A stretch of 56,301 nt of DNA from an uncultured Paracholeplasma sp. GTDB lineage: Bacteria; Bacillota_I; Bacilli_A; Acholeplasmatales; UBA5453. The stretch is taken from positions 1 to 56,301 of the forward strand of contig CAZXLG010000001.1 of NCBI GenBank assembly GCA_964641335.1. Direction: 5' to 3'. How positions within the stretch are numbered: position 1 is the first letter of the stretch; each line of letters starts with the position of its first letter. Position numbers and translations under genes: made by a program. Positions 37,812-47,794 of this stretch are shown here, piece by piece. Below the pieces are notes generated by a model, which saw nothing but the letters and a program-made list of their open reading frames with translations, searched no databases and was not told where the DNA came from.

Positions 37812-37825
37812 GGGCTAGGTTTTTT
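37800..37825 (+). terminator. intrinsic terminator
   Basis: AACCTTGCC-TAAG-GGCTAGGTT-TTTT. Confidence 0.6.
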
Positions 37826-37873
37826 CTTTATTATGAATCTGATTAAGGTATATATCTTTTAGAGGTGATTAGG

Positions 37874-38560
37874 ATGTTTATGATTAAAGAAATGATGGAT
37901 GATGACAAACCAAGAGAACGTCTCATCGCACATGGGGTTGATGCCTTATCCAACTATGAATTGCTCGCTATTTTGTTGCATACAGGAACAAAATCACAAT
38001 CTGTAATCGAATTATCAAAAACCGTGTTATATCGATTTGAACAGTTAAAAGACATCGAAAAAGTGAGTTTTGATGAATGGATTCAACTCCCTGGCATAGG
38101 GGTTGCTAAAGCCTGTACGCTTTTAGCAGCTTTAGAATTATCGAAAAGAATAGCAAAAAATCATGATGAAAAAATGGTTCAAATTCAATCGACAAAAGAT
38201 ATTTATTATCATTTACATCATCGATTAAGTCATTTAGAACAGGAACATTTCTATACGCTTTATTTAGATATGAAAAATCAAATACTTTCCACTCAAAGGA
38301 TTTATATTGGCACACTCAATCAAACGAGTATTCATCCGAGAGAAATCTTTAAAAATGCGGTCAAATTATCGGCGGCATCGATGATTTTTGTACACAATCA
38401 CCCCAGTGGGGATTCAACCCCTTCGTTATCGGATTACAAGGCGACTGAACAGTTAGAAGCCTCAGCCAAAATCATGGGAATTCAAGTCATTGATCATGTC
38501 GTAATTGGTAAAAAACAATGTTATTCACTGAAGGAAAATCGGAAATATCATTTTGAATGA
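37874..38560 (+). CDS. radC: RadC family JAB-domain protein
   Basis: KPRERL, GIGVAKA, HPREIF, HNHPSGD, DHVVIG. Confidence 0.93.
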   Translation: MFMIKEMMDDDKPRERLIAHGVDALSNYELLAILLHTGTKSQSVIELSKTVLYRFEQLKDIEKVSFDEWIQLPGIGVAKACTLLAALELSKRIAKNHDEKMVQIQSTKDIYYHLHHRLSHLEQEHFYTLYLDMKNQILSTQRIYIGTLNQTSIHPREIFKNAVKLSAASMIFVHNHPSGDSTPSLSDYKATEQLEASAKIMGIQVIDHVVIGKKQCYSLKENRKYHFE

Positions 38561-38596
38561 TTTTGTTATATAATAGAAACACAAGGATGTGAGTCT

Positions 38597-39592
38597 ATGG
38601 CTAATTCAAAAGAACCACTGATGATTGAAAATCAAAACGAACCGAAAGAACCTAAACAAAAACCGAGTACCAGTACGAAGTTTTGGGTTGCCATCGCGTT
38701 TGGTGTCATCATTTTATTTTTACTCATTCTAATTTCATCCATCATTGATATTGGTGAACGCTTAGCGAATATTCACGATTATGTAGCCTATGGCTTTTAT
38801 GTCTTAGCCTTTTTACTCACGTATCTTTTGATTATCAACCCTGTCAGAATTATTTTAGTCTCTCCAGCATTTTCGATTGAAACCGTCATGGATAATAAAC
38901 CGACCCACAGACGCTATCAAACTTATAAACGTGTATCGAAAAACTTGATGGAAAGACATGAAATCTCACAAACTGAAAAAGATAAACTTCAAGCGGTTTT
39001 AGGTAATCCAGAAGAACTTCAAAAAGCGTTAAATGAAATTTACAACTCAACGATGAAAAAGAAGATGAATCAAGTCATCATGAGACATGCGAAAACCGTG
39101 TTGATCTCAACAGCGATTTCACAAAACGGACGACTCGATTTATTCACGGTCATTGTTGTGAATATTCGCATGATCAAAGAACTTGTTCAAATGTGTGGGT
39201 TTAGACCGAGCTATAAGAATTTAGCCAAACTAACCATTAATGTCTTTACAACCGCGTTGATTGCAGAAGGGTTAGAAAACATTAATTTAAACGATATCTT
39301 ACCAACGTCAACCGCCAATATGCTAGGTGAAATTCCACTCATTAAACCGGTGATGTCCTCGGTTGCTCAAGGGATCACAAACGGCTTATTAACGCTAAGA
39401 ATCGGTATTGTTACACGTAAATATCTATTTGCAGATAGCAAAGAATTAAGCAAAAAAGCCATTCAAAAAGGTGCCTTTATGGAATCGCTAAAGATGATTC
39501 CAACCGTAGTCAAAGATTCCATCATTCATTTCCCTCAGAAGTTCTTTGATCTATTCAAGAAACCAAAAGATGAAGAATCCGCAGAATTTTGA
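38597..39592 (+). CDS. YcjF/DUF697-like membrane protein
   Basis: Two N-terminal TM helices; TAISQNGRLDL; QGITNGLLTLRIG. Confidence 0.65.
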   Translation: MANSKEPLMIENQNEPKEPKQKPSTSTKFWVAIAFGVIILFLLILISSIIDIGERLANIHDYVAYGFYVLAFLLTYLLIINPVRIILVSPAFSIETVMDNKPTHRRYQTYKRVSKNLMERHEISQTEKDKLQAVLGNPEELQKALNEIYNSTMKKKMNQVIMRHAKTVLISTAISQNGRLDLFTVIVVNIRMIKELVQMCGFRPSYKNLAKLTINVFTTALIAEGLENINLNDILPTSTANMLGEIPLIKPVMSSVAQGITNGLLTLRIGIVTRKYLFADSKELSKKAIQKGAFMESLKMIPTVVKDSIIHFPQKFFDLFKKPKDEESAEF

Positions 39593-39611
39593 AAATAATT
39601 GAGGGTTCCGA

Positions 39612-39640
39612 TTGACATTAGTTATTAACTAAGGTAAAAT
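39612..39640 (+). promoter_or_regulatory. rplU operon promoter
   Basis: TTGACA-17-TAAAAT. Confidence 0.8.
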
Positions 39641-39645
39641 AGTAG

Positions 39646-39718
39646 CGTTGCAAAGAATACCACATAGAACAGGTTATAAATATGGAACCATCCATTACCT
39701 TAGATAGTGAGTCTTCAA
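39646..39718 (+). ncRNA. putative L21 leader (ribosomal protein autoregulatory RNA)
   Basis: About 100-nt 5' UTR before rplU with an ACCAC...AGGT...ACCT...GTGAGTCT pattern reminiscent of Firmicute L21 leaders. Confidence 0.5.
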
Positions 39719-39743
39719 AACATAATAAGGAGGTGTATTTGTA

Positions 39744-40052
39744 ATGTACGCAATGATTAAAACTGGTGGTAAACAAATCAAAGTTGAAGTTGGTCAAGAA
39801 ATCTATGTTGAAAAGCTAGATGCCCAAGCAGACGAAGTGGTTACCTTTAATGAAGTTTTACTCATCGGTGGTGAATCTACAGTCGTAGGTAATCCATTAG
39901 TGAATGGCGCATCTGTTACAGCGAAAGTCGTTAAACAAGGTAGAGGCAAGAAGATTATTGTCTTCAAGTATAGACCTAAAAAAGACTACAGACGCAAACA
40001 AGGTCACAGACAAAGCTATACAAAACTAGTTGTTGAATCCATCAACGCTTAA
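39744..40052 (+). CDS. rplU: 50S ribosomal protein L21
   Basis: [14 protein letters not shown]...KQGHRQSYT. Confidence 0.98.
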   Translation: MYAMIKTGGKQIKVEVGQEIYVEKLDAQADEVVTFNEVLLIGGESTVVGNPLVNGASVTAKVVKQGRGKKIIVFKYRPKKDYRRKQGHRQSYTKLVVESINA

Positions 40053-40061
40053 AAAAAACAT

Positions 40062-40373
40062 ATGATCAAGTATCATGTGAGTAAGGACCAAACGATCACA
40101 TCCATTCGTGTGAGTGGACATGCCAATTATAAAAAACATGGCGAAGACATCGTTTGTGCTGCAGTATCTACAGCTACCATCCTTTCAGCTAATTTGCTAG
40201 AAAGATTGGGCTTTAATTTGGATTACACAGTCAAAGTCGAAGAAGGTTTCTTTGATTTAAATGTGATTAAATCCAATCCTACGCTTGAGCAGGTTCTCAT
40301 CAATTTAGAGGCCACACTCAACGAACTTGAACTACAATACCCTAAATATATAAAACACCAAAAGGAGGGATAA
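40062..40373 (+). CDS. prp: ribosomal-processing cysteine protease Prp
   Basis: SGHA...DIVCAAVS...YPKYI; lies between rplU and rpmA. Confidence 0.93.
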   Translation: MIKYHVSKDQTITSIRVSGHANYKKHGEDIVCAAVSTATILSANLLERLGFNLDYTVKVEEGFFDLNVIKSNPTLEQVLINLEATLNELELQYPKYIKHQKEG

Positions 40374-40374
40374 C

Positions 40375-40653
40375 ATGTTACAATTAAACATTCAGTTATT
40401 CGCATCGAAAAAAGGTACGGGATCCTCTCGTAACGGACGCGATTCAGCAGCTCAACGCTTAGGCGCAAAACTATCAGATGGTCAATTCTGCACTGCTGGT
40501 TCTATTATCTACCGTCAACGCGGAACAAAAGTACATCCTGGTAACAACGTTGGTCGTGGTGGTGACGATACTTTATTTGCTAAAGTAACCGGCATCGTCA
40601 AATACGAACGTCTTGGCAGAGATAAAAAACAAGTTTCAGTCTACGAAGGATAA
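40375..40653 (+). CDS. rpmA: 50S ribosomal protein L27 with Prp-cleaved N-terminal extension
   Basis: MLQLNIQLF|[15 protein letters not shown]. Confidence 0.98.
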   Translation: MLQLNIQLFASKKGTGSSRNGRDSAAQRLGAKLSDGQFCTAGSIIYRQRGTKVHPGNNVGRGGDDTLFAKVTGIVKYERLGRDKKQVSVYEG

Positions 40654-40674
40654 GCCCAACTTATCCTTTTTTTT
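40646..40674 (+). terminator. terminator between rpmA and obgE
   Basis: AAGGATAAG-CCCAA-CTTATCCTT-TTTTTT. Confidence 0.75.
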
Positions 40675-40691
40675 CAATTCAGGAGGTTCAC

Positions 40692-41960
40692 ATGTTTAAA
40701 GATGAAGCATTCATAAAAGTTAAAGGCGGCAGAGGTGGCGACGGCATCGTTGCATTCAGACGCGAAAAATACGTTGAGTACGGCGGTCCTGCTGGTGGCT
40801 CTGGTGGCGCAGGTGGCAACATCTATTTTGTTGCTGAAGAAGGCTTATCCACACTTTTGGACCTCTCGTTTAACAAGCATATTACTGCGAAAGATGGCAC
40901 ATCCGGACTGAATAAGTCTCAAAATGGTCGAAACGCAGAACATACCTATATTAAAGTACCGATTGGTACCGTCGTGTATGATCAAGAAACCAATCTCATG
41001 ATTGGCGATCTGACGATGCATGGTCAAACCTTATTGATTGCCAAAGGTGGTCGTGGTGGACGCGGCAACGAAGCGTTCGCAACCCATCGTAATCCAGCTC
41101 CAGAAATTTGTGAAAAAGGCGACTTAGGCGAACAAAAGAACTTACGCGTTGAACTTAAAGTCCTCGCGGATGTTGGCTTAGTCGGCTACCCATCGGTTGG
41201 TAAATCCACACTCATATCGGCTGTATCACGTGCAAAACCAAAAATTGCAGAATACCACTTTACCACCCTCGAACCACACCTAGGGCTTGTTTATGTGGGT
41301 GAGAATAAGAGCTTTGTTATGGCTGACTTGCCAGGTTTAATCGAAGGGGCATCCCTTGGTGCGGGTTTAGGCATTCAATTCCTAAAACACATCGAACGCT
41401 GCCGTGTCATCATCCACGTTGTTGAAATGGATTCCTTAGAAGACAAGAATCCTTATGAAGATTTCATTAAAATCAACAAAGAACTCGAATCATATAACTA
41501 CGATTTACTCAAACGTCCCATGATCATTGCAGCATCCAAAATGGATCTACCAAATGCTTGGGCTAATTTAGAAAAATTCAAAGAACAAATTGGCGATGAC
41601 TATGAAATATTCCCAATCTCTTCTGTAACCTCTCAAGGGCTTAAAGAATTGGTGTATCGTGCGATGGAATTGGTTGAAGTCACCCCTAAATTTGAAATTA
41701 GTGAAGTCCACAAAAACTACATTAAGAACAAAGAAGAAGCCTTCTTCACAATTGAAAAAGCCGCCGATGGTGTTTACGTTGTTAAAGGCGATGGGCTCTA
41801 CCGTTTATTCATGCGTACGGACTTCTCGAAAGATGAAAACGTTAAACGATTTGCTCGACAACTCCGTAGCTATGGGGTCGATGAAGCTTTACGAAAAGCT
41901 GGCGTCCAAAGTGGCGATACGGTTAGAGTATTTGAATACGAATTCGAATTTACAGATTAA
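40692..41960 (+). CDS. obgE: GTPase Obg/CgtA
   Basis: Gly-rich N-domain FRREKYVEYGGP, GYPSVGKST, YHFTT, DLPGLIEGAS, C-terminal OCT domain. Confidence 0.97.
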   Translation: MFKDEAFIKVKGGRGGDGIVAFRREKYVEYGGPAGGSGGAGGNIYFVAEEGLSTLLDLSFNKHITAKDGTSGLNKSQNGRNAEHTYIKVPIGTVVYDQETNLMIGDLTMHGQTLLIAKGGRGGRGNEAFATHRNPAPEICEKGDLGEQKNLRVELKVLADVGLVGYPSVGKSTLISAVSRAKPKIAEYHFTTLEPHLGLVYVGENKSFVMADLPGLIEGASLGAGLGIQFLKHIERCRVIIHVVEMDSLEDKNPYEDFIKINKELESYNYDLLKRPMIIAASKMDLPNAWANLEKFKEQIGDDYEIFPISSVTSQGLKELVYRAMELVEVTPKFEISEVHKNYIKNKEEAFFTIEKAADGVYVVKGDGLYRLFMRTDFSKDENVKRFARQLRSYGVDEALRKAGVQSGDTVRVFEYEFEFTD

Positions 41961-41972
41961 TAAACCCAAATC

Positions 41973-42003
41973 ACACACTTTCTTTCACGGAAAGTGTGTT
42001 TTT
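41973..42003 (+). terminator. intrinsic terminator
   Basis: ACACACTTTC...GAAAGTGTGT-TTTT. Confidence 0.75.
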
Positions 42004-42034
42004 ATTTTATAATAGTGTTAAGGAGAATGTGATT

Positions 42035-42799
42035 ATGAAATTAAATATTGTTACAAACATTGTACCTAATGAAAAGAAGCGTATTTTTATTGTTCACGGG
42101 ATTGCTGAACACGTAGGACGTTACGAACATGTAGCTGCATTTTTAAATAAACATGGTTATTCAGTTGTTCGTTTTGATCTAAGGGGTCATGGTAAATCGG
42201 ACGGTAAACGAGGGTATATTAAGTCTTATCGAGATTTTTTAGACGATGTTAATCAAGTTTTTGCGATGCATAAAGGCGTCCACAACATCCTATTTGGGCA
42301 TTCAATGGGTGCGCTTATTACCCATTTGTGTATGTCTCAAGAAAATGAATTTGAAGCATCGATTACCAGTGCTGGACCGACTTGGTATATCAAGGATGTC
42401 CAATTTGTCCGATATATCGGATTTAAGTATTACAGTTTCCTTCAAATTAAAAATAACTTAGCTAGAAATATGCTTTCTCACATTGAAAAAGTCGAAGATG
42501 ATTATATGAGAGACCCACTTGTACTCAAGAAGTATTACATCAATTTGGTCGGGGAAATGTTTGTCAAAGGGGTTAAACACCTTAATGCGAACCTGAGATA
42601 CCATCAAAAACCAATTTTGATGTTACATGGAGAACTCGATAAGATTGTACCAGTCGAATTTTCTAAGAGATTATTTGATTTATTGCCACAAACAGATAAA
42701 ACCATCAAAATCTATCCAAATGATTGGCATGAAATCTTAAATGAACTAGACCGTGAAGAGGTTATGAACGACATTCTAAGTTGGCTTGAGAAACACTAA
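42035..42799 (+). CDS. lysophospholipase-like alpha/beta hydrolase
   Basis: VHGIAEHVGRY, DLRGHGKS, GHSMG, HEILNE. Confidence 0.88.
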   Translation: MKLNIVTNIVPNEKKRIFIVHGIAEHVGRYEHVAAFLNKHGYSVVRFDLRGHGKSDGKRGYIKSYRDFLDDVNQVFAMHKGVHNILFGHSMGALITHLCMSQENEFEASITSAGPTWYIKDVQFVRYIGFKYYSFLQIKNNLARNMLSHIEKVEDDYMRDPLVLKKYYINLVGEMFVKGVKHLNANLRYHQKPILMLHGELDKIVPVEFSKRLFDLLPQTDKTIKIYPNDWHEILNELDREEVMNDILSWLEKH

Positions 42800-42858
42800 A
42801 AAAGCATACCTTATGGGTATGCCTTTACTGAAGTATCTCTTATAAGAGGTACTTTTTT
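42800..42858. terminator. tandem hairpins between convergent genes
   Basis: GCATACC-TTATG-GGTATGC and AAGTATCTCT-TATA-AGAGGTACTT-TTTT. Confidence 0.65.
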
Positions 42859-45800
42859 CATTTGATAAGTTTGGATTGCTTCATAGACCAGGTGTGTTTC
42901 GCAGTACGCTTACGACCATTGATGATGCGTCTGGTTTCAAACTTTAATGGGATTAATGCCAAACGTTCTTTATAATTCAATGTGTTAATCCTTCTTATGG
43001 TAAGTTTATCCAACCGTTTCGCATGACGTTTAACCTGAATTTGAAGGATTTCTAGTTCAAATGTGTATTGGTTGATGGCTCGGTGCGATTTGAGACGATT
43101 ATGATTGAGATTCTCTTGAATTCGGGTTCTCGCGAGGGTATCTTTATCACCATAGAAAGCAATCTTTTCATCAAAGACCTGGGTGGCTTGTTTGATATCT
43201 TGATCCACAGCAAATACTTTCTTTGACATATCCTTATAAGCCATAGCCTGTTCGGAATCGATGGTTGTGTTCATCACTTTAAACTTGTTTTCGAGCTCTG
43301 TAATCACGCTTTCGGTATTGGTCTTGGTTGCGAGCAACAAACCTTCACGACTATCAACCGCTTGTTGATAAGCCTTTATGCCCGCTTCAATCTTTTCATT
43401 ATGTTGTTCATTGAAATGAACCATGGCCGTATCAATCGATTTCAATTGTGATTGAAGTTGTTTTTCCTGAACTTTTGTGAAGGATTGACGGTAGTTTTCA
43501 AGATCACGTAACTTATCATTCATTTTGTGTACACGTTTATCTAACGTTTGAGCAATGTTATGTTGTGTGAGGTCGAAGGCTGTTTCGTATTCTTTCATGA
43601 TGCGATGTTGTTCAGAACGAATTTGAATAAACTGTTGATCACAAAGTTCAATTCCACGTTTATGTTGATTTAAAAATTGGGTACGTGTACGAATTGCAGA
43701 TTTGGTTAGATTAATGTAGGATTTTGAGAACACCTTTTCCAAAATTTCATCCATATCGAGTGCTTTTAAGGTTTCTTTGGATGTATTGAGTAAGTTCGAA
43801 TTGGTTTCATGAATGAGTGTTGTTAGTTTCTTAATAGCATCAATCGAATCGTAGTATACTCTACCTTCTTCATATTGAGATCGGTCAAGATTTTTTTCAC
43901 GCATTTCACGATTTTTCTCGATTTTAACCAACATGAGCTCAAGCGGTTTATGGTTTTTATCGAGACTGTTCATTTCTTTGATTGTCTTGCGAATTTGTTC
44001 TTGAATATGTTTGATTAAGTCTTTGTTTTTAGTGATTTCCTTATTGAGTGTAGATATCTGATTATTGAGGTTTCGAGCGGTCTTTCGCTGTTGCTTACTA
44101 ATCAATCGACCTTTCAATAATGAAAGTTGCTCATAGATCATCGATTTGGTCGATTCAATGTTGGCATTTTCATTTTGTAAATAAGCGATTTGTTGGAATA
44201 AATCGGTACTTTTGGTTCTAAGTGATTTCAATTGATCATCGAGCATCGCGATTTGTTCAACATAGAGTTTATGTTCAGATTCATAATCACTGATAATCGA
44301 TTCTTTTAGGTTCATGTATTTAAATGCGGTTAACTCATTGATCTTTTCTTGATAGTAAGCTGTGGTTTCAGCTTCGAGTTCTTGGATGAGCTCGGTCTTA
44401 AGTGCGCTTTGTTCTTCAAGTATTTTTAGGATGAATTTGATAGAACCACGCCACTGTGTAATCGAAGACGTTTGATAGATATCTCTTAAGAGTAGAAGGA
44501 TATTTTCAAACTCATTTTGCATGACCAGTAACATTTGGAAATACATATCAAATAAACGTTTTTGACGTTGAGTTTCGTTCATACTGGTATCTAGGATACG
44601 TTTCGCTTTACGAATCCCGATTTCCTTAGTATGACGGCTCTTTTCGAGTTCCACACGCGAATCATATTCGATTAATGCTTTAGACTCTTGAACTTCCATG
44701 ATTTGTCCAAGTAATTTTTGTGAGAACGAAATCATTTTCTGTTCAAAAATACGTGTTTCCTTGGCTTTATCTTGTTCGAATAAGTATTCTTTTTCACGTT
44801 TTTGATATTGAAGTTCGAACGATTTCTTGCGTTCATCAAAGATATGCTTGTAACCTGATAAACTGTTTTTCGCATATTCCATGTCTAAATAAGCGACCAC
44901 GTTGGTTCGCTTGATATCGGTATCATGAGTGATGTTGATACGATTTTTATCATGTTTAAGGGTGTTTTCGTCGATGGCTGAAATATAGTTTAATTTACGT
45001 TCATCTAAAGAAAATAATTGTTTATAATGGTTATTTTCGAGGGTACGATAATTCATTTCAGCATCATGAATTTCTCTAGCTAATAAAACCATCGCTTCAT
45101 AAGGGAAAATTTCAAGACCTTGTTGTTCACGTAAGACTTGGTTATCAATGAATAAACGCTTTTCAAGCATTTTGTTCTGTTCAGTGAGTTTTACCCATTC
45201 ACGATCAAATTCGTATTTATGTTTTTTCAATTCTTGATCTTTAAAGCGTTCAGCAATCTTTCTTTTTAAACGGTAAATCTCTTGTGTTTTGATGTATTCA
45301 AAATCGTGTGCTAGCAGTTCAGCTTGATGGTGTTTTTGACGAATTCGATTTTGAATCGAGGTTTGTTTTATGGCGATTTTAGCTTGGTTTTCTAAACTAG
45401 AACGCTCTTTGATGTATGCTTTATTTAAATCAGCTAACAATTCTTTGTAGTTTATGGCTTCTTTAGACAATTCAGTACGGCGGTGTTGTGTCACTTTATC
45501 AAGCTCTTTAATTTGCATGTTGAGCTGTTCTTTGGTATTAGCCAGTTTAGAGTTATTAACTGTGATATCCCTTGAATAGTTTCGGATGATTTGATCTTTT
45601 ATGTCTTCATAGGATTGTTTTAGTTGGTCAAGTTTGGCGTCATATTTATTAAGGCTGACTTCAAATTCATCACGGGTTTTACGGTCAAGATCTGCATAGG
45701 TCGTTTTCAATAAATCCATTTGTTTTTGGATATCTTCAATCTCTTTTTGAATGATTGATTCTTTTTGACCCATGGTTTTTTGGAATTTCTTTTGAATATC

Positions 45801-46514
45801 GCGTATTTTTTGATTAAATTTGATGGTGACGCGGTTAAACACCGTTTTGATCTTTAGGATAGAGTCGTCAAAATCGGTTTGTTCAAGTTGTCGTTTAGTT
45901 TGTATGGTTTGAAGTTCTGAGGACAGTTTAGCTAGTCTCGCTTGGTCGGCTGCTTTATTGTCCTTAATGGCACTTTCAAAACGTTTTTCAATATCTTTTA
46001 GGGTTTGTTCTTTAACCTTTTCGATATCATCAATGGCTTTTTGGTAGGCTTGTTTCTCTTGATCATACTCAAAATCAAGTTCTTGATGACGTTGTTTCAT
46101 CTCAAGTAAAGCGCGATAGATGTGAATATTTGTCTGTTGTGTCTGACGTTGGAAGCGAAGATGAATATCGGTTAACTTTTTATTGGCTTGAATGTTTTCT
46201 TCGACTACCTGCTGTTTAAATTGCTTAAGGGTATCGGCGTAATCGGTATCTAATTTGTGTAAGGCATCTTGATGGGTTTTATTGAGTTCTGTGAGTTGAA
46301 TGGAGTAATCTTTGGTATAACGAATTAATGAGTTTTCATATTGTCGATTGAGATCTGTAATTTGATCGAAGAGGTTTTCTAAAGAGACACGGGTTGATTT
46401 TAGTTGATGTGAGGTTTCATTGGTTATCGCGTAAGCGGTTAAGACATCACGAAAAAGCGTATCGAAACGCGCTTTTTGTTTAGATTCATAATTTTTAGCG
46501 TTTATTTTACTCAA
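42858..46514 (-). CDS. very large coiled-coil hypothetical protein (~1218 aa)
   Basis: Uninterrupted ORF rich in K/E/Q/L with almost no Pro/Gly; no Walker A, TM or signal peptide seen. TTG start inferred from a GAGGTGG RBS. Confidence 0.8.
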   Translation of the reverse strand: MSKINAKNYESKQKARFDTLFRDVLTAYAITNETSHQLKSTRVSLENLFDQITDLNRQYENSLIRYTKDYSIQLTELNKTHQDALHKLDTDYADTLKQFKQQVVEENIQANKKLTDIHLRFQRQTQQTNIHIYRALLEMKQRHQELDFEYDQEKQAYQKAIDDIEKVKEQTLKDIEKRFESAIKDNKAADQARLAKLSSELQTIQTKRQLEQTDFDDSILKIKTVFNRVTIKFNQKIRDIQKKFQKTMGQKESIIQKEIEDIQKQMDLLKTTYADLDRKTRDEFEVSLNKYDAKLDQLKQSYEDIKDQIIRNYSRDITVNNSKLANTKEQLNMQIKELDKVTQHRRTELSKEAINYKELLADLNKAYIKERSSLENQAKIAIKQTSIQNRIRQKHHQAELLAHDFEYIKTQEIYRLKRKIAERFKDQELKKHKYEFDREWVKLTEQNKMLEKRLFIDNQVLREQQGLEIFPYEAMVLLAREIHDAEMNYRTLENNHYKQLFSLDERKLNYISAIDENTLKHDKNRINITHDTDIKRTNVVAYLDMEYAKNSLSGYKHIFDERKKSFELQYQKREKEYLFEQDKAKETRIFEQKMISFSQKLLGQIMEVQESKALIEYDSRVELEKSRHTKEIGIRKAKRILDTSMNETQRQKRLFDMYFQMLLVMQNEFENILLLLRDIYQTSSITQWRGSIKFILKILEEQSALKTELIQELEAETTAYYQEKINELTAFKYMNLKESIISDYESEHKLYVEQIAMLDDQLKSLRTKSTDLFQQIAYLQNENANIESTKSMIYEQLSLLKGRLISKQQRKTARNLNNQISTLNKEITKNKDLIKHIQEQIRKTIKEMNSLDKNHKPLELMLVKIEKNREMREKNLDRSQYEEGRVYYDSIDAIKKLTTLIHETNSNLLNTSKETLKALDMDEILEKVFSKSYINLTKSAIRTRTQFLNQHKRGIELCDQQFIQIRSEQHRIMKEYETAFDLTQHNIAQTLDKRVHKMNDKLRDLENYRQSFTKVQEKQLQSQLKSIDTAMVHFNEQHNEKIEAGIKAYQQAVDSREGLLLATKTNTESVITELENKFKVMNTTIDSEQAMAYKDMSKKVFAVDQDIKQATQVFDEKIAFYGDKDTLARTRIQENLNHNRLKSHRAINQYTFELEILQIQVKRHAKRLDKLTIRRINTLNYKERLALIPLKFETRRIINGRKRTAKHTWSMKQSKLIK

Positions 46515-46538
46515 ATAAACCACCTCTAACTCTTGTTT

Positions 46539-46572
46539 ATTATACCATAACAAAGCCATCATTTGGTATAAT
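46539..46572. promoter_or_regulatory. back-to-back extended -10 elements (bidirectional promoter)
   Basis: ATTATACCA-N16-TGGTATAAT: TGGTATAAT on both strands between divergent genes. Confidence 0.65.
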
Positions 46573-46597
46573 CAAACTGTAAAGGTCATATCTAAAC

Positions 46598-47188
46598 ATG
46601 AAAACTATCGAAAAATTACAATTTCATTTAGATCCAAACTCTAAAATTATAACCAAAGACCCAGTACATTGGGTATCCATCGAAACACAAAAAAAGCGTT
46701 ATGACTTTCATCATAACGACCTAGATGACCCTAACTATGTCTTGTATCAAAAAAAGATATTTGATGAGTTTATCGGTATATATTTGAAGCAAGGTGAATT
46801 ACTGGATTATGGGTGTGGTGAAGCAGCAATTTTAAAGACTTTTATCCCTAATTTAAGGGTATATGATCTTTTTTATCATAATGATGTAACGGTGTTTGAA
46901 TCTACTTATGATACGATCATTTTGATTGAAGTCATGGAACATCTTGAAAATCCTGAAGCAGTGATCCAAAAACTTACAAAACTTTTGAAGCCAAAGGGAC
47001 GTTTAATAATCCAAACCCAATTTTATCCATCTTTAGAACGGATGTCTGATTGGTGGTATGTCAGGGATGTGACCCATGTATCCTTTTATAATTTAGAATC
47101 CTTAAAGTATTTCGCAGCGCGTTATGGTTTTGAACTTATCTATACGGACTTTAAATCACGGGTCGTGCTTGAAAAAACCGTTTTATAG
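46598..47188 (+). CDS. class I SAM-dependent methyltransferase
   Basis: LLDYGCGE, EVMEHL, LKPKG, WWYVRDVTHVSFY. Confidence 0.85.
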   Translation: MKTIEKLQFHLDPNSKIITKDPVHWVSIETQKKRYDFHHNDLDDPNYVLYQKKIFDEFIGIYLKQGELLDYGCGEAAILKTFIPNLRVYDLFYHNDVTVFESTYDTIILIEVMEHLENPEAVIQKLTKLLKPKGRLIIQTQFYPSLERMSDWWYVRDVTHVSFYNLESLKYFAARYGFELIYTDFKSRVVLEKTVL

Positions 47189-47232
47189 GGTAAAACATGT
47201 TATAATAGAACTATTATTGAGGTGATTTTTTT

Positions 47233-47787
47233 ATGTATGCATACATTGTCGGTAGTATCACTGAAATTGAACCCACGCATGTGGTTTTAGATAACCAAGG
47301 CGTTGGTTATTTAATTGTAGCTCCGAATCCGTATATTTATAAATTAGGTGAGTCTGTGAAGATGTATGTCCACCACCATGTTCGTGAAGACCAAGATAAT
47401 CTCTACGGATTTGATTCTAAAGAAGCACGTAATTTGTTTGAGGATCTCATCAGTGTCTCTGGTATCGGTCCGAAGAGTGCCCTCTCGATTTTAGCTTCTG
47501 GTAAACCCGATCAAATTGAATACGCGATTGAAAATCAGGATGTTAAATATCTAACGAAGTTCCCTGGAATCGGACCTAAGAGTGCTCAACAAATCATTTT
47601 AGATTTGAAGGGTAAACTTGATAAGAAAGCCTTAGAAGTAACCTCCAATCAAAAAGACGAAGTCCAAGAAGCTTTAATGGCACTGGGGTATTCCCCATCA
47701 GAGTTGCGTAAAGTGATGTCAAAACTTGACCCAAGTTTATCCACAGAAAAACGCATTAAACAAGCACTACAATTGATGATGAAGTAG
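47233..47787 (+). CDS. ruvA: Holliday junction branch migration protein RuvA
   Basis: VREDQDNLYGF, VSGIGPKSA, PGIGPKSAQQIILDLKGK. Confidence 0.96.
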   Translation: MYAYIVGSITEIEPTHVVLDNQGVGYLIVAPNPYIYKLGESVKMYVHHHVREDQDNLYGFDSKEARNLFEDLISVSGIGPKSALSILASGKPDQIEYAIENQDVKYLTKFPGIGPKSAQQIILDLKGKLDKKALEVTSNQKDEVQEALMALGYSPSELRKVMSKLDPSLSTEKRIKQALQLMMK

Positions 47788-47794
47788 GTAAACC

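Noticed and set aside
42858-46562. SMC/SbcC/RecN ATPase
   Set aside because: No Walker A at the N-terminus and no signature/Walker B motif at the C-terminus.
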